DNA of 64,000 nucleotides. Origin: Narcine bancroftii (taxonomy: Eukaryota). A program made the translations under genes and the position numbers. Below are positions 39,651-51,648 of the stretch, piece after piece. The stretch lies in the NCBI RefSeq assembly GCF_036971445.1, contig NC_091473.1, forward strand, positions 215,574,001 to 215,638,000, given 5' to 3'. Positions within the stretch are counted from its first letter, which is position 1. Each line of letters starts with the position of its first letter. Below the pieces are notes generated by a model. That model saw only the letters and a program-made list of their open reading frames with translations, had not been told where the DNA came from and searched no databases.

Positions 39651-40422
39651 TGCTGACAGACAGACTTGCCCAAAGTTCCTGAGAAACTAGTGTCCAAACC
39701 TTGATCTTGCCACCATTATGTCATCTTTCTTTCATCGGGTGAGACTGTTGCTTATCGGACCAGCATTTATTGTTCTGCTCCAGTGACTGACTTGCCAGGC
39801 CTATCAGAGACACTGATGAATTTGGTGAGTGACTGAAGGCGAAAGAGTGCAAAAGGCAGGTGAACTTTACAAAAGGTCATCAGTGAACCTGTTAATCTTC
39901 TGTTCCTTTCCCAGTTTCACCCTCACTTCGACTGCCCACAGCAACTCATATCCTGCTATTGCTTTCTAGTTTAAAATCCTGCACTGTCCCTTCAAGTTGT
40001 GCGTCGAAGCCATTCTCCAGAGGCTGTTGAGCATAACCAAGCGTTGCCCTCCTCTGTGTTGGGCTATTGAGGTGTTCGACAAGATGTGGTGGAGGCAGAT
40101 ACAATTGGGTCTTTTAAGAGACTTTTGGAAAGGTACATGGAGCTTAGAAAAAAGACCTATGGGTAAGGCTGGTCATTTCTCAGGTAGGGACATTATTGGC
40201 ACAATTTAGTGGGCCGAAGGGCCTGTGTTTTAATGTAGGTTTTGTATGTTTTTCTGTGAAATTGTATCAATGAATATATTTGCTTCTGTTCTATGCATTC
40301 AGGTTATCAGCTCCCTCACATAAGCACAACAATGCCTCATCGATCTTTCAGTGAACTAACTTGGCCCCAGTTTGTGGCATAGAGAAAGGTGTTTAAGATT
40401 AGGGTGAATCCCAGAACCGTAC

Positions 40423-40740
40423 CTTGCATGTTTTTCACCTCCCGGCTGATACTGGTGTTGGAGGGGGGATGAGACACTATACAGCTGAAGACTGAGCCTT
40501 TCTTCCACTCATCTGTCCTCACTGTCAGGAAGTGGCTGGCACTGAAAGTGCCCACCTGCTCCAAAGCAGTCCGTGTAGTGGGGGTGTTGGAGGAGATCAG
40601 GGAGCTGTCTTTCTCCCAGGTGACATTTATGAGGTCCGGGTAGAATCCAGAGACCACACACTCGAGGGTGGCCGTGATCCTACTCTTGGTATCGTCATGT
40701 GTTGGCGGCAGCAGACGGACCTCAGGCCCTTTGATCTCGA
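40423..40740 (-). CDS. IgW: IgW heavy chain duplicated constant exon C4' (intact, 318 bp)
   Basis: Acceptor ctgttccag|TC, donor CAA G|gtacgg, phase 1/1. Encodes VEIKGPEVRLLPP...LECVVSGFYP...W...EWKKGSVFSCIVSHPPS, a C1-set Ig domain with Cys/Trp/Cys, ~69% identical to C4 by hand count. Confidence 0.9.
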
Positions 40741-40828
40741 CTGGAACAGACGAGCAAAGAAAGGAGACGTCAACATTTTTACTCAAGGTCACAGATGTTG
40801 TCCATCTAATCACTGATCTTTTGCCCAC

Positions 40829-41131
40829 CTTTGGTACTTTGTGTCTGTGCTGAGACTGGCGAGGACGAAGAAGATCCTTGGGTGGAACAAGTGTACACTG
40901 CCCCACTGTACCACTCCTCCACACTGGTCTGAAATTGGCTGATCACTGTGCTTTGTGTCCCTTCCTCTCTCGGTTGTTGGGTCACATTTCCTTTCATTTT
41001 CTCCCTTCCGCTCACCTGCCAGTATATTTGGACCTGGCTCAGATCAGCACCCACAACCAGGCACACCAGAGTAGCGCTCTTGTTGATCCAAATCTCTTCA
41101 GTGGATGGATTTTGTAAAAAGATGGATAATT
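40829..41131 (-). CDS. IgW: IgW heavy chain duplicated constant exon C3' (intact, 303 bp)
   Basis: Acceptor tttctcacctgcag|AA, donor AAA G|gtgggc. Encodes ELSIFLQNPSTEEIWINKSATLVCLV...YW...EEWYSGAVYTC...STK, ~59% identical to C3. The 88-bp intron to C4' mirrors the 85-bp C3-C4 intron. Confidence 0.9.
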
Positions 41132-41769
41132 CTGCAGGTGAGAAATAGAAAACTTACAAACTGGACTATGTCTGGTGTCAGCGGGCTTCTCCACTTCGGC
41201 CCAGACTTGAATGACAGCTGCATCTGCAGTGAACTGAACATTAGAATGAAACCATCTTTTCTGACTGCCTTGACTGAGTAAACGGAATTGAACACCAGGA
41301 ACTCATATCCTTGGGAACCTGTCGGCTTTTGACAGGGACAGTGAGATAGTTGTAAACTGAATGGCATTTAGTTGCTGCAGGGTCAACAAGTGCATTCACC
41401 TGGATGTGAGATGCAGTTTCTGACCAAAGGAAACATTGCACAAATTCATCTTGCCTTGGTGCCTCTGTGGGACTGTGGACCACTTATTGACATTGTGCCT
41501 ACTGAATCAGCGAGGCCTCTCCTCTCTGTTCAGACTGAACCTGGGATTCTTCTGGTATGAAAACATTGGTGCTGACATTCAGATCTTCCTTGACCATGCC
41601 TCTTGCCATCTCAGTATGTTTGACCAAATCAGTGCTTGGAATATTACAATTTTCTGCAGCGTGGGAGTGTGGCAACTTTTTGTGACCTGCTTCAAATATC
41701 TTTAACAATATTTCTGGGCACCAATTAATTCCTGGACATACCAGATGACAGGTGTGTACGTATGAAGCA

Positions 41770-42470
41770 GGAGCAAAGGTCGACTATTTGGCCTGTGATA
41801 CCTGCACCCTCAACCAATAAGATCATGTCGGATCAGTTCCACATACCTGCCTTTCACCCATTAGCCCTGATTCCCCAACAATGCAAAAATCTATTGAACT
41901 GTCTTAATTACATCGAATGAACAAGTCTCCAAAACTGCCCAGGGCAGAGAATTCCACGGATTCGCTACTTGATGTGAAAACCACTTCCTCATCATCTCAA
42001 TCCTAAATATATTCCTATCCCTTTCCGATTTCAAATTTCCTCATAATATTTCTGTAAGACTCCTTCTCATTCTTCTCTCTTCCAGCGTGTATAGTCCCAA
42101 GCAACTCAATCTCCACCCCTAGTTTTCCCTCCATTATCTACAGACTCAACCTGATGAGCCTCCTTTGCACCGCTTTCTGCCAGGATAACATTTCTCACGT
42201 AAGGAGACCAGAACCTTACCCAATACTCCAGCGGCGGCCTCACCAATAGCCTGTCCAGTTGCAGCAGAATCTCCCTGTTCTTCATTTCAATCCCTCCAGC
42301 AATGAACCCGCATCCCATTGACCTTCTTAATGACCTGTTGTACCTTAACACCAAGCTTCGGCGATTCACGCACAAGCACTTCCAAGTCCATCTGCACAGC
42401 AGTATGCTGCAAACGTTAACCATTTAAAGAATAATTTGATCAACTATATTTTTCTTCCACTGTGAATGAC
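41770..42470 (-). mobile_element. Decayed CR1 3' fragment
   Basis: ORF 42106..42423 (LLQLDRLLVRPPLEYWVRFWSPY) plus CR1-type 3' sequence. Confidence 0.7.
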
Positions 42471-43130
42471 CTTGGTCATAGCAGGGTCTGTGAGATAGTT
42501 GCAAGCTGAGTGACCTTTAGCTTCCCTAATGCAATAAGTGCAATCTCCAGCAGATGTAGTTTCTGGACTGGCTACCATGTGACTCTAGAACCATGTGACT
42601 GTCCTCAGAATGAACAACAGCAAGTGCTCACCTCAAGGATAGGTCAGGGTGGGCATGAAATGATGACCTTGCCACTGAGGTCCAAATGGTGTGAATGATT
42701 CAAATGGTTTTAATCACATTTTTGAGAAGCTGACCTCAGTCTTGGGATCAGGTTTTTACGTGAAATACTTGCTATGTTTGGTGCACCAAGGAACATAAGA
42801 ATTGAGCCTGTTCCACCATTCAACAAGATTATTGCTGATCTGGTCCTAGAATTAGTTCCAAATACCTACCTGTTCCCCATAACCCCCTTGATTCCCCCAC
42901 AATGCAAAACTCTGTCTTGAATATATCTAATGAGCAGGTCTCTACAATTTCCTTGGGCAGGGAATTCCACCGATTTTCTCCACTCTCAGAAAAGCAGATC
43001 CTCATTATCAATTACAACCTTGGATGTCATTAGGTTCGATTTTTTTTCTTTCCCTTTTTTCTCTTTCTTTATTCTTTATGCAACTCTTTGTACAAATTCA
43101 TATTGGATTGGGAGTTAAGAGCAAGTATTA

Positions 43131-44882
43131 AAAAGGGCACAAGGTGTAGGCCAAGCAACTATAGGCTAGTACATTTGATATCGGTGGTGGAGAAACTAAT
43201 GGAAGGAATTCTTAGGGATAATATGTATAAATATCTGGATGGGCAAGGATTGATCAGGGACTCTCAATATCAGTTTGTCAGGGGAAAGTCGTGTTTGACA
43301 AATCTTGTTGAATTTTTTGAAGAGGTGACCAGAAAGGTTGATGAAGGTAGAGCAGTTGATCTGGTGTATTTGGATTGTAGTAAGGCTTTTGATTAAGTTC
43401 CACGTGGAAGGTTAGTGAAGAAGGTTCAATCGCTAGGGACTAATATAGAGATAGACAGATGGGTTTAGCGGTGGCTAGAAGATAGGCACCAGAGATTAAT
43501 GGTGGACAACTGTCTGTCAGGATGGAGGCCAGTGACGAGCGGTGTGCCTCAGGAATCGGTGTTGGGTCCTTTGTTGTTCGTCATTTATATTAATGATTTG
43601 GATGACAGGGTGGTAAACTGGGTGAATAAATATGCAGACAATACAGAAATAGGGGGAGTTGTGGATAGTGAGGAGGATTTCCATGGACTACAGAATTATT
43701 TGGACTGTTTGGAATGGTGGGCTGAAAGGTAGCAGATGGAGTTTAATGTAGACAAGTTTGAGTTGCTTCATTTTGGGAAAAATAACCAAAATAGGACGAC
43801 GCATGCAGTGAAGGGGATTGAGGAATGCTGAGGAACAGAGAGATCTTGGAATAACGGTTCAGCATTCCTTAAAGGTGGATTCCCATGTAGATAGGGTAGT
43901 GAAGAAGGCTTTTGGTATGCTGGCCTTTATAAATCATAGCATATGGTAGCATAGCATAGCTCCATATAGGAGCTGGGAGGTGATGTTCAGACTGTTTAAG
44001 GCATTGGTGAGGCCAAGTGTGGAGTATTGTGTTCAGTTCTGGTTGCCAAATTCTAGGAATTTATAGAATTATTTATAGAAATATAAATAAGGTAGAAAGG
44101 GTGCAAAGAAGGTTTACAAAAATGTTGCCTGGATTGGAGTATCTTGAATACGGAGAAAGATTGAGTAGACTGGGACTTTATTCGTTGGAGCGTAGAAGGT
44201 TGAGAGGGGATTTGATCGAGTTTTTGAAAGTTATGAAGGGAATAGATAGAGTAGATGTGAATAGGCTCTTTCCCCTGAGGGTAGGGGAGATGGGAACAAG
44301 GGGTTATAAGTTAAGGGTTAGGGGGGAAATTTTTAGGAGTAATTGTGGTGGTACACCACCGGCCTACTGCAGGGGCAACCTCTGTACCTGCAGAAGTGTG
44401 AGGGGACAGGACAACACCTGGCTGGCTATCAATCTGTCGGCCTGAATGGATCAAGATCCACCCAGTCGGGTGTCAATCATCCTCCGGGATATAAGCCTGC
44501 GCCGGCCTCCCGAGGCCTCACTCAGAGTTGCTACAGCTAGAGCCAGCCTGGCTCTGTGGAAGTCTTTGTGGATTAAAGCCTGTTGTACAGTCTTTACCTT
44601 TGTGTGTGTCTGATTCTGGCTATCAGCGCACCACAGTAATATAAGAGGATGCTTCTTCACTCAGAGAGTGGTGGTTTAGTGGAATGATCTACTGGAAAAG
44701 TAGTTGCTGCAGGGTTAATTTTGTCATTTAAGAGGAGGCTAAATGAGTACATGGATGTGAGGGGATTGGAGGGTAATGGGCATGGTAGTAGATAGGTGGA
44801 ACTAGTGGAGTTTCACATAAATCGGTGCAGACTAGAAGGACCAATATGGCCTGTTTCCGTACTGTAAATTGTTATATGCTTA
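43131..44882 (+). mobile_element. CR1 LINE, 5'-truncated (RT + 3' end)
   Basis: ORFs 43088..43396, 43499..43732 and 44017..44445 are CR1 RT pieces. It is flanked by tatta (43126-43130, 44883-44887), and the empty site is at ~36023. Confidence 0.9.
44344..44635 (+). mobile_element. Solo LTR (292 bp) nested in CR1, related to the LTR at 21917
   Basis: tgtggtg...caccaca termini and 5-bp TSD gtaat (44339-44343, 44636-44640). Shares gcctactgcagggg...tctgtacctgcag...cacctggctggct with the 21917 LTR. Confidence 0.9.
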
Positions 44883-46667
44883 TATTATTGTCATAATATG
44901 TGCTATAATCTTTAATGTGTAATAGTCTCATGCGATCAATTTATTATACATTTGTTTTGTTTTTCTGATAAAACAATAAAAATAACATAAAAAGAATATA
45001 TCTAATGAGTAGGTCTCCACATCTTCCTTGGACAGGGAATTCCACAGATTTGCTACACTCTCTGAAAAGCAGATCCTCATCATCTCTCTCTCTTCAATTC
45101 CCCCAAGTCTTCATGATATGTTCCCTGTTCGAATTTCACCTCCCAGAAGAAAAACTTTCCTGCCACTGTTATCTATCCCTTTGACAATTTTGCACATTTC
45201 GAAAAGATCCCCTCTCATTTTTCTTAATTCCAGTGAACACAATTCTCTCTGCAAAAAGGAGTTAATCCTCAGTGGCTGCCACGACGTGACAAACACATAC
45301 CTTTGTTGTGAACATCTTGATTGTTGTGTGTAACTGTGGTTGGTTAAGTGTTAAATGTGGAGAGGGTATAGCAGGGTGGGGGGGGGGTGTGGGGGCGGTG
45401 TGAAAGGGATCGAGAAAACTTGAACTCAATAACTGTTCAATTCAGAAAATTATAAATAGAATATTAAAAGAAAAGGAGTTAATCCACACTTATATCTTAA
45501 TTGACTACCCCGAACGTTGAGGTTAGGCTCCCCCTACTAGAGGAAATAAATTTCCTGCCACATCTGATCAATCCCTTTCATAATTTTACCTTTCTGTAAG
45601 ATCCCCTCTCATTCTTCTTAATTCCAGTGAGTATAGTCCCAGCAACTCAATCTCCCCTTACAGGCTGAACCTTTCTTTGATGGAATCAACCTGATGAACC
45701 ACCGCTTCCAATCCAGTATAGTCTTTTTCATATACAGAGACTCAAACTCCAGGTGCAGCTTCACCTGAACCCTGTTCAGCTACAGCAGATCCTACCTCTC
45801 TTCAATTCAGTCCCTCCGGAAGTGAAGGCCCGCATCATCCCATTTCCCTTCTTCATTACCTCTTGCAGCTGCAAATTAACCTTTGTGATTCATTCACAAT
45901 CACTGCCAACTCCCTCTGGATCAGAGCATAAGGTAAATATTCACCATTAAAAAAAATAACCTGATCTATTATTTTCTTCCACTGTGAATGACCTCAGATT
46001 TTACAACTTTGTCCCACCTGACAGACCCTTCTCCACTCATTGACTAGTCTCTCTCTCTCTTCAGACTCTGCATCCTTTCCACAATTTTCTCCTGTACATA
46101 TGGGCGACATGGTTAGCGTAGCAGTTAGCGCATTGCCTTTAGAGTGCCAGCGATTGAGACCGGGGTTAAAATCCTGGGCTGTCTGTAAGGAGTTTGCAAG
46201 TTCTGCTCATGTCTGCATGGTTTTTTCCTGAGGCTCCAGTTTCTACCCACTCTTTGAAATGTACCAGGGATGTAGGTTCATTGGGGGTAAATTGGGTGCC
46301 AAGGGCTTGTGACCGAAATGGCCTGTTTCTGTGCTGTGTGCCTCTATATCTCAATTTTGTGTCATCAACAGGCTTTGATACAGAGCACTCGGTCCCTTAC
46401 TTAAATTATTCTTGCATATCATGGGCCCAGTATCAACCCCTGTTGCAAACTGCCAATAGATAACACCCATTTATCTGAATCTTCTGTTTTCTTTTGGGAA
46501 ACCAATCCTCTATGCATCCTAATATCTTATGCCCCAATTTCAAGCATCCTTATCCTCTGGGTGTCTTTTTTGTGGCACATTATTGAATGCCTTCTTGAAG
46601 CCCAAGTCCCCAACATCCACCTATTCTCTTTGATCCATTGCTTTCATTACATCCTCAAAGAACTTCA

Positions 46668-46906
46668 GGGTTGCACAGTTAGCGTAACGCTCTGACAGCT
46701 GCAGAGATTGGGACCAGGGTTCAAAACCCGCGTGGTCTAAAAGGAGTTTGTATGTTCTCCCTGTATCTGCGTGGGTTTCATCCCAGTGCTCTGGTTTCCT
46801 TCCACAGTTTAAAAAAGTACCAAAGATTGTAGGTCAATTGGGTGTAGTCAAGCAGCACAGGTCCAGGTGCTGAAAGGGCCTTTTATCGCGCTGTATCTCT
46901 AAATTT
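46668..46906 (+). mobile_element. tRNA-derived SINE whose tail was the RTE target
   Basis: gcacagttagcgtaac...ggttcaaaacccg...aaggagtttgtatgttctccctg. Its aaattt-type tail continues after the RTE at 50463. Confidence 0.7.
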
Positions 46907-49900
46907 GCAGGCGGCGGCCTCGGCCCCGGTCCGGGCAGTATGGACCGACCTAGGAGGGGAGGCAGGCCCCTCCAGCCCGGGTAAGAAACCTGCATAGGAG
47001 AAGGCCACTCCGATATAAAACCTACGACCCAAGGACCTCGCTGCCACGTCCCAGCTTGCTTGGCCACGGCACACGAACCATGGGTGTAAAGGGTGGGGCC
47101 AGTACTGCGCGCACTGCACTCCACCTAAAAGCTCCTTTGCGCAGGCCCGAGGACAGGTCCACGTCCTCCCCCTCCACGTCCTCCCCCTCCACGTCCTCCC
47201 CCTCAAAAGATGCTCACAAACTCAGGCTAGCATGCTGGAACATCAGAACCATGCTAGACAAGGCTGACAGCCACCGACCTGAACGTCGGTCTGCCCTCAT
47301 TGCACATGAACTCCTCAGACTTGACATCGACATAGCCGCTCTCAGTGAAGTCCGCCTGGCAGATGTAGGCAGCCTCCGAGAACGCGGCGCGGGCTACACA
47401 CTCTACTGGTCTGGCAAGCCTTTGGATGAACGACGCCTATCTGGTGTAGGCTTCATGGTCAAGAGCTTCATTGCCTCCAAACTCGAAAACCTTCCGACAG
47501 GCCTCTCGGACCGAATCATGTCCATGCGACTCCCACTTCAAAACAAGCGTCACATCACCCTCATCAGTGTCTATGCTCCAACCCTCCAGGCGGAACCAGC
47601 AGAAAAGAACAAGTTCTACACCGACCTGCGCAACCTCATCCAACGTACCCCTACAGCCGACAAGGTTGTCATCCTGGGCGACTTCAACGCTCGTGTCGGC
47701 AAAGACTCAGAAACCTGGCCAGGAATCCTGGGCAAGCATGGTGTCGGCAAGTGCAACGACAATGGGCGCCTCCTGTTGGAGCTCTGCGCAGAACAGCGAC
47801 TTGTCATTACAAACACCCTTTTTCAGCAGAGGGACAGCCTTAAGACCACCTGGATGCATCCCCGATCCAAACACTGGCACCTCCTGGACTACATCCTGGT
47901 GCGAGAAAGTGACAAACAAGATGTGCTCCACACCAGGGTCATGCCTAGCGCGGAATGCCACACTGACCACCGGCTGGTTCGCTGCAAGCTCAACCTTCAC
48001 TTCAAGCCAAAGCCCAGGAACAATAAAGCCCCCAGAAAGAGGTTCAATGTTGGAAACCTGCAGTCAGACGAAGCGAGAGGAAACTTCCAGGCAAACCTCA
48101 AAGCAAAGCTCGACGTTGCAACCCGCCTCACGGACCCGTCCCCTGAAACCCTCTGGGATCAGTTGAAGACTACCATACTGCAATCCACTGAAGAGGTACT
48201 GGGCTTCTCCTCCAGGAAAAACAAGGACTGGTTTGACGAAAACAGCCAGGAAATCCAGGAGCTGCTGGCAAAGAAGCGAGCTGCCCACCAGGCTCACCTT
48301 ACAAAGCCGTCCTGTCCAGAGAAGAAACAAGCCTTCCGTCGCGCATGCAGCCATCTTCAGCGCAAACTCCGGGAGATCCAAAATGAGTGGTGGACTAGCC
48401 TCGCCAAACGAACACAGCTCAGCGCGGACATTGGCGACTTCGGGTGTTTCTACGAGGCTCTAAAGGCTGTGTACGGCCCCTCACCCCAAGTCCAAAGCCC
48501 GCTGCGCAGCTCAGACGGCAAAGTCCTCCTCAGCGACAAGATCTCCATCCTCAACCGATGGTCAGAACACTTCCAATCTCTTTTCAGTGCCAACCGCTCA
48601 GTCCAAGATTCCGCCCTGCTCCAGCTCCCTCAACAGCCCCTAAGGCAAGAGCTGGATGAGGTTCCCACCCTGGATGAGACATATAAGGCAATCGAACAAC
48701 TGAAAAGTGGCAAAGCAGCAGGTATGGATGGAATCCCCCCAGAAGTCTGGAAGGCTGGCGGCAAAACTCTGCATGCCAAACTGCATGAGTTTTTCAAGCT
48801 TTGTTGGGACCAAGGTAAACTGCCTCAGGATCTTCGTGATGCCACCATCATCACCCTGTACAAAAACAAAGGCGAGAAATCAGACTGCTCAAACTACAGG
48901 GGAATCACGTTGCTCTCCATTGCAGGCAAAATCTTCGCTAGGATTCTACTAAATAGAATAATACCTAGTGTCGCCGAGAATATTCTCCCAGGATCACAGT
49001 GCGGCTTTCGCGCAAACAGAGGAACCACTGACATGGTCTTTGCCCTCAGACAGCTCCAAGAAAAGTGCAGAGAACAAAACAAAGGACTCTACATCACCTT
49101 TGTTGACCTCACCAAAGCCTTCGACACCGTGAGCAGGAAAGGGCTTTGGCAAATACTAGAGCGCATCGGTTGTCCCCCAAAGTTCCTCAACATGATTATC
49201 CAACTGCACGAAAACCAACAAGGTCGGGTCAGATACAGCAATGAGCTCTCTGAACCCTTCTCCATTAACAATGGCGTGAAGCAAGGCTGTGTTCTCGCAC
49301 CAACCCTCTTTTAAATCTTCTTCAGCATGATGCTGAACCAAGCCATGAAAGACCCCAACAATGAAGACGCTGTTTACATCCGGTACCGCACGGATGGCAG
49401 TCTCTTCAATCTGAGGCGCCTGCAAGCTCACACCAAGACACAAGAGAAACTTGTCCGTGAACTACTCTTTGCAGATGATGCCGCTTTAGTTGCCCATTCA
49501 GAGCCAGCTCTTCAGCGCTTGACGTCCTGCTTTGCGGAAACTGCCAAAATGTTTGGCCTGGAAGTCAGCCTGAAGAAAACTGAGGTCCTCCATCAGCCAG
49601 CTCCCCACCATGACTACCAGCCCCCCCACATCTCCATCGGGCACACAAAACTCAAAACGGTCAACCAGTTTACCTATCTCGGCTGCACCATTTCATCAGA
49701 TGCAAGGATCGACAATGAGATAGACAACAGACTCGCCAAGGCAAATAGCGCCTTTGGAAGACTACACAAAAGAGTCTGGAAAAACAACCAACTGAAAAAC
49801 CTCACAAAGATAAGCGTATACAGAGCCGTTGTCATACCCACACTCCTGTTCGGCTCCGAATCATGGGTCCTCTACCGGCACCACCTATGGCTCCTAGAAC

Positions 49901-50462
49901 GCTTTCACCAGCGTTGTCTCCGCTCCATCCTCAACATCCATTGGAGCGCTTACACCCCTAACGTCGAAGTACTCGAGATGGCAGAGGTCGACAGCATCGA
50001 GTCCACGCTGCTGAAGATCCAGCTGCGCTGGATGGGTCACGTCTCCAGAATGGAGGACCATCGCCTTCCCAAGATCGTGTTATATGGCGAGCTCTCCACT
50101 GGCCATCGTGACAGAGGTGCACCAAAGAAAAGGTACAAGGACTGCCTAAAGAAATCTCTTGGTGCCTGCCACATTGACCACCGCCAGTGGGCTGATAATG
50201 CCTCAAACCGTGCATCTTGGCGCCTCACAGTTTGGCGGGCAGCAACCTCCTTTGAAGAAGACCGCAGAGCCCACCTCACTGACAAAAGGCAAAGGAGGAA
50301 AAACCCAACACCCAACCCCAACCAACCAATTTTCCCTTGCAACCGCTGCAATCCTGTCTGCCTGTCCCGCATCGGACTTGTCAGCCACAAACGAGCCTGC
50401 AGCTGACGTGGACTTTTTACCCCCTCCATAAATCTTCGTCCGCGAAGCCAAGCCAAAGAAAA
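46907..50462 (+). mobile_element. Young RTE-clade LINE, near full length, antisense within the IgW intron
   Basis: 12-bp TSD atctctaaattt (46895-46906, 50463-50474). Single APE-RT ORF with a C-terminal CxxC...H motif and a short 3' UTR ending gccaagccaaagaa. Confidence 0.95.
47080..50406 (+). pseudogene. RTE ORF (APE endonuclease + reverse transcriptase) with one nonsense codon
   Basis: ORFs 47056..49314 and 49327..50406 are in the same frame, separated only by TAA at 49312-49314 in QGCVLAPTLF*IFF. Motifs WNIRT, GDFNA, TDH, FVDLTKAFD and LFADD are present. Confidence 0.92.
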
Positions 50463-51018
50463 ATCTCTAAATTTAAATTTGAAATTTAAATCAGCTACTT
50501 GATGGTTATTCATTGCCCCATCACAATAAGACTCATACTGGAGACTAAAGGCACTTTTAGGTTGCCAAAATCCCCCTATGTAAAGCCACATATTATGCCC
50601 ATATGTGTCTGTCAGGAGGCCACTTGAAAGCACAGGAGGTGGATGTGAGGCAAACTTTGTAACCCTCCTCCAGGAGGGATAGTCGCCGGAGTACTGAGGA
50701 CCCCCGGCACCTGAATGCAGCCGCCTGAAAGCGAATGCTGAGGGGATGACAATATGCTGGTGAGCGCTTGACAGCTCCCCTCGCTGCTGCCCTGCCCGCT
50801 GGCACAGGACGTCAGGGCAGGGGCAGTGGGCATGGGCTGTCAGTGCTGGGGCAGCCAGCACGGTCAGTCAGGGTTGAGGTGACCGGCGCGGTCAGTCAGG
50901 GTTGAGATGACCAACGCGGGCTGTAGGGGTTGTAGGGCTGTAGTGGTTGGGGAGGACGGCGCGGGCTTTAGTGGTTGGATTGGCCGGTGCGGGCTGTAGT
51001 GGTTGGGCCTGCCAGTAT

Positions 51019-51648
51019 GGGCTGTCCCTATACTGATCCCACTTATGTGGGACAGATTAATTTGTTGCTTTCCAATGCAGGCACCGAACACCAAATGTTT
51101 GTTGATAATCTGCCCACAGCCACGCCAAACCTTGAGTGCTCTCCCCACAGCCCTTAATCAGTCCCAACACTGTGGGGCGGCCGGTGTGGGCAGAGCAGTG
51201 GGATCAGTGTGGGGACCAACATGTGGCTATGGGGAGAGAGCAGAGCAGTGGGATCAGTCTGGGGACCGACATGGGGCTAGTTTAATTGGACGGTAATGTT
51301 TGGTGCACACATTGTGGCCAAATGGGCTATTTCTGTGCTGTCCTGTTCTTTGTTTTAGATATTCATTATATTTAGTGTTTGCATTTCTCTTTGATAAACT
51401 AGCTGGGTTTTTATTTGCCACCGTGATGTCTTTTGCTAACTGGTTCATGTGTAAATTCTTCTGTACCATATATTTTTCCTAATGCCTCTGCTAGTTCAAA
51501 CTCTCTGCCGGTCTGATTCCTCTCAGAGCACTGAAGGTTTGACTTGGCTGTCGGCAGATTCTCAACAAACATTTGGTGCTCGGTGTCTGCATTGGAAAGC
51601 AACAAGTTAATCTGTCCCTCATAAGTGGGATCAGTATGGCAACAGCCC
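51019..51648. repeat. ~125-bp inverted repeat pair (51019-51142 / 51525-51648) with ~380-bp spacer
   Basis: atactgatcccacttatgWgggacagattaaYttgttgctttccaatgcagRcaccgaRcaccaaatgtttgttga... is present in opposite orientations. Confidence 0.88.

Larger units (their letters stand above)
42795..46335. repeat. Segmental duplication copy 2 (direct repeat of 35693-37915), interrupted by CR1
   Basis: Colinear with copy 1 once the CR1 at 43131-44882 is removed. Confidence 0.9.

Noticed and set aside
40337-40924. 195-aa ORF as a single gene
   Set aside because: It runs through the C3'-C4' intron and past the C4' donor; the real unit is the 318-bp exon.
47437-50861. Antisense and alternative-frame ORFs over the RTE
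   Set aside because: Shadows of the RTE coding frame with no independent motifs.
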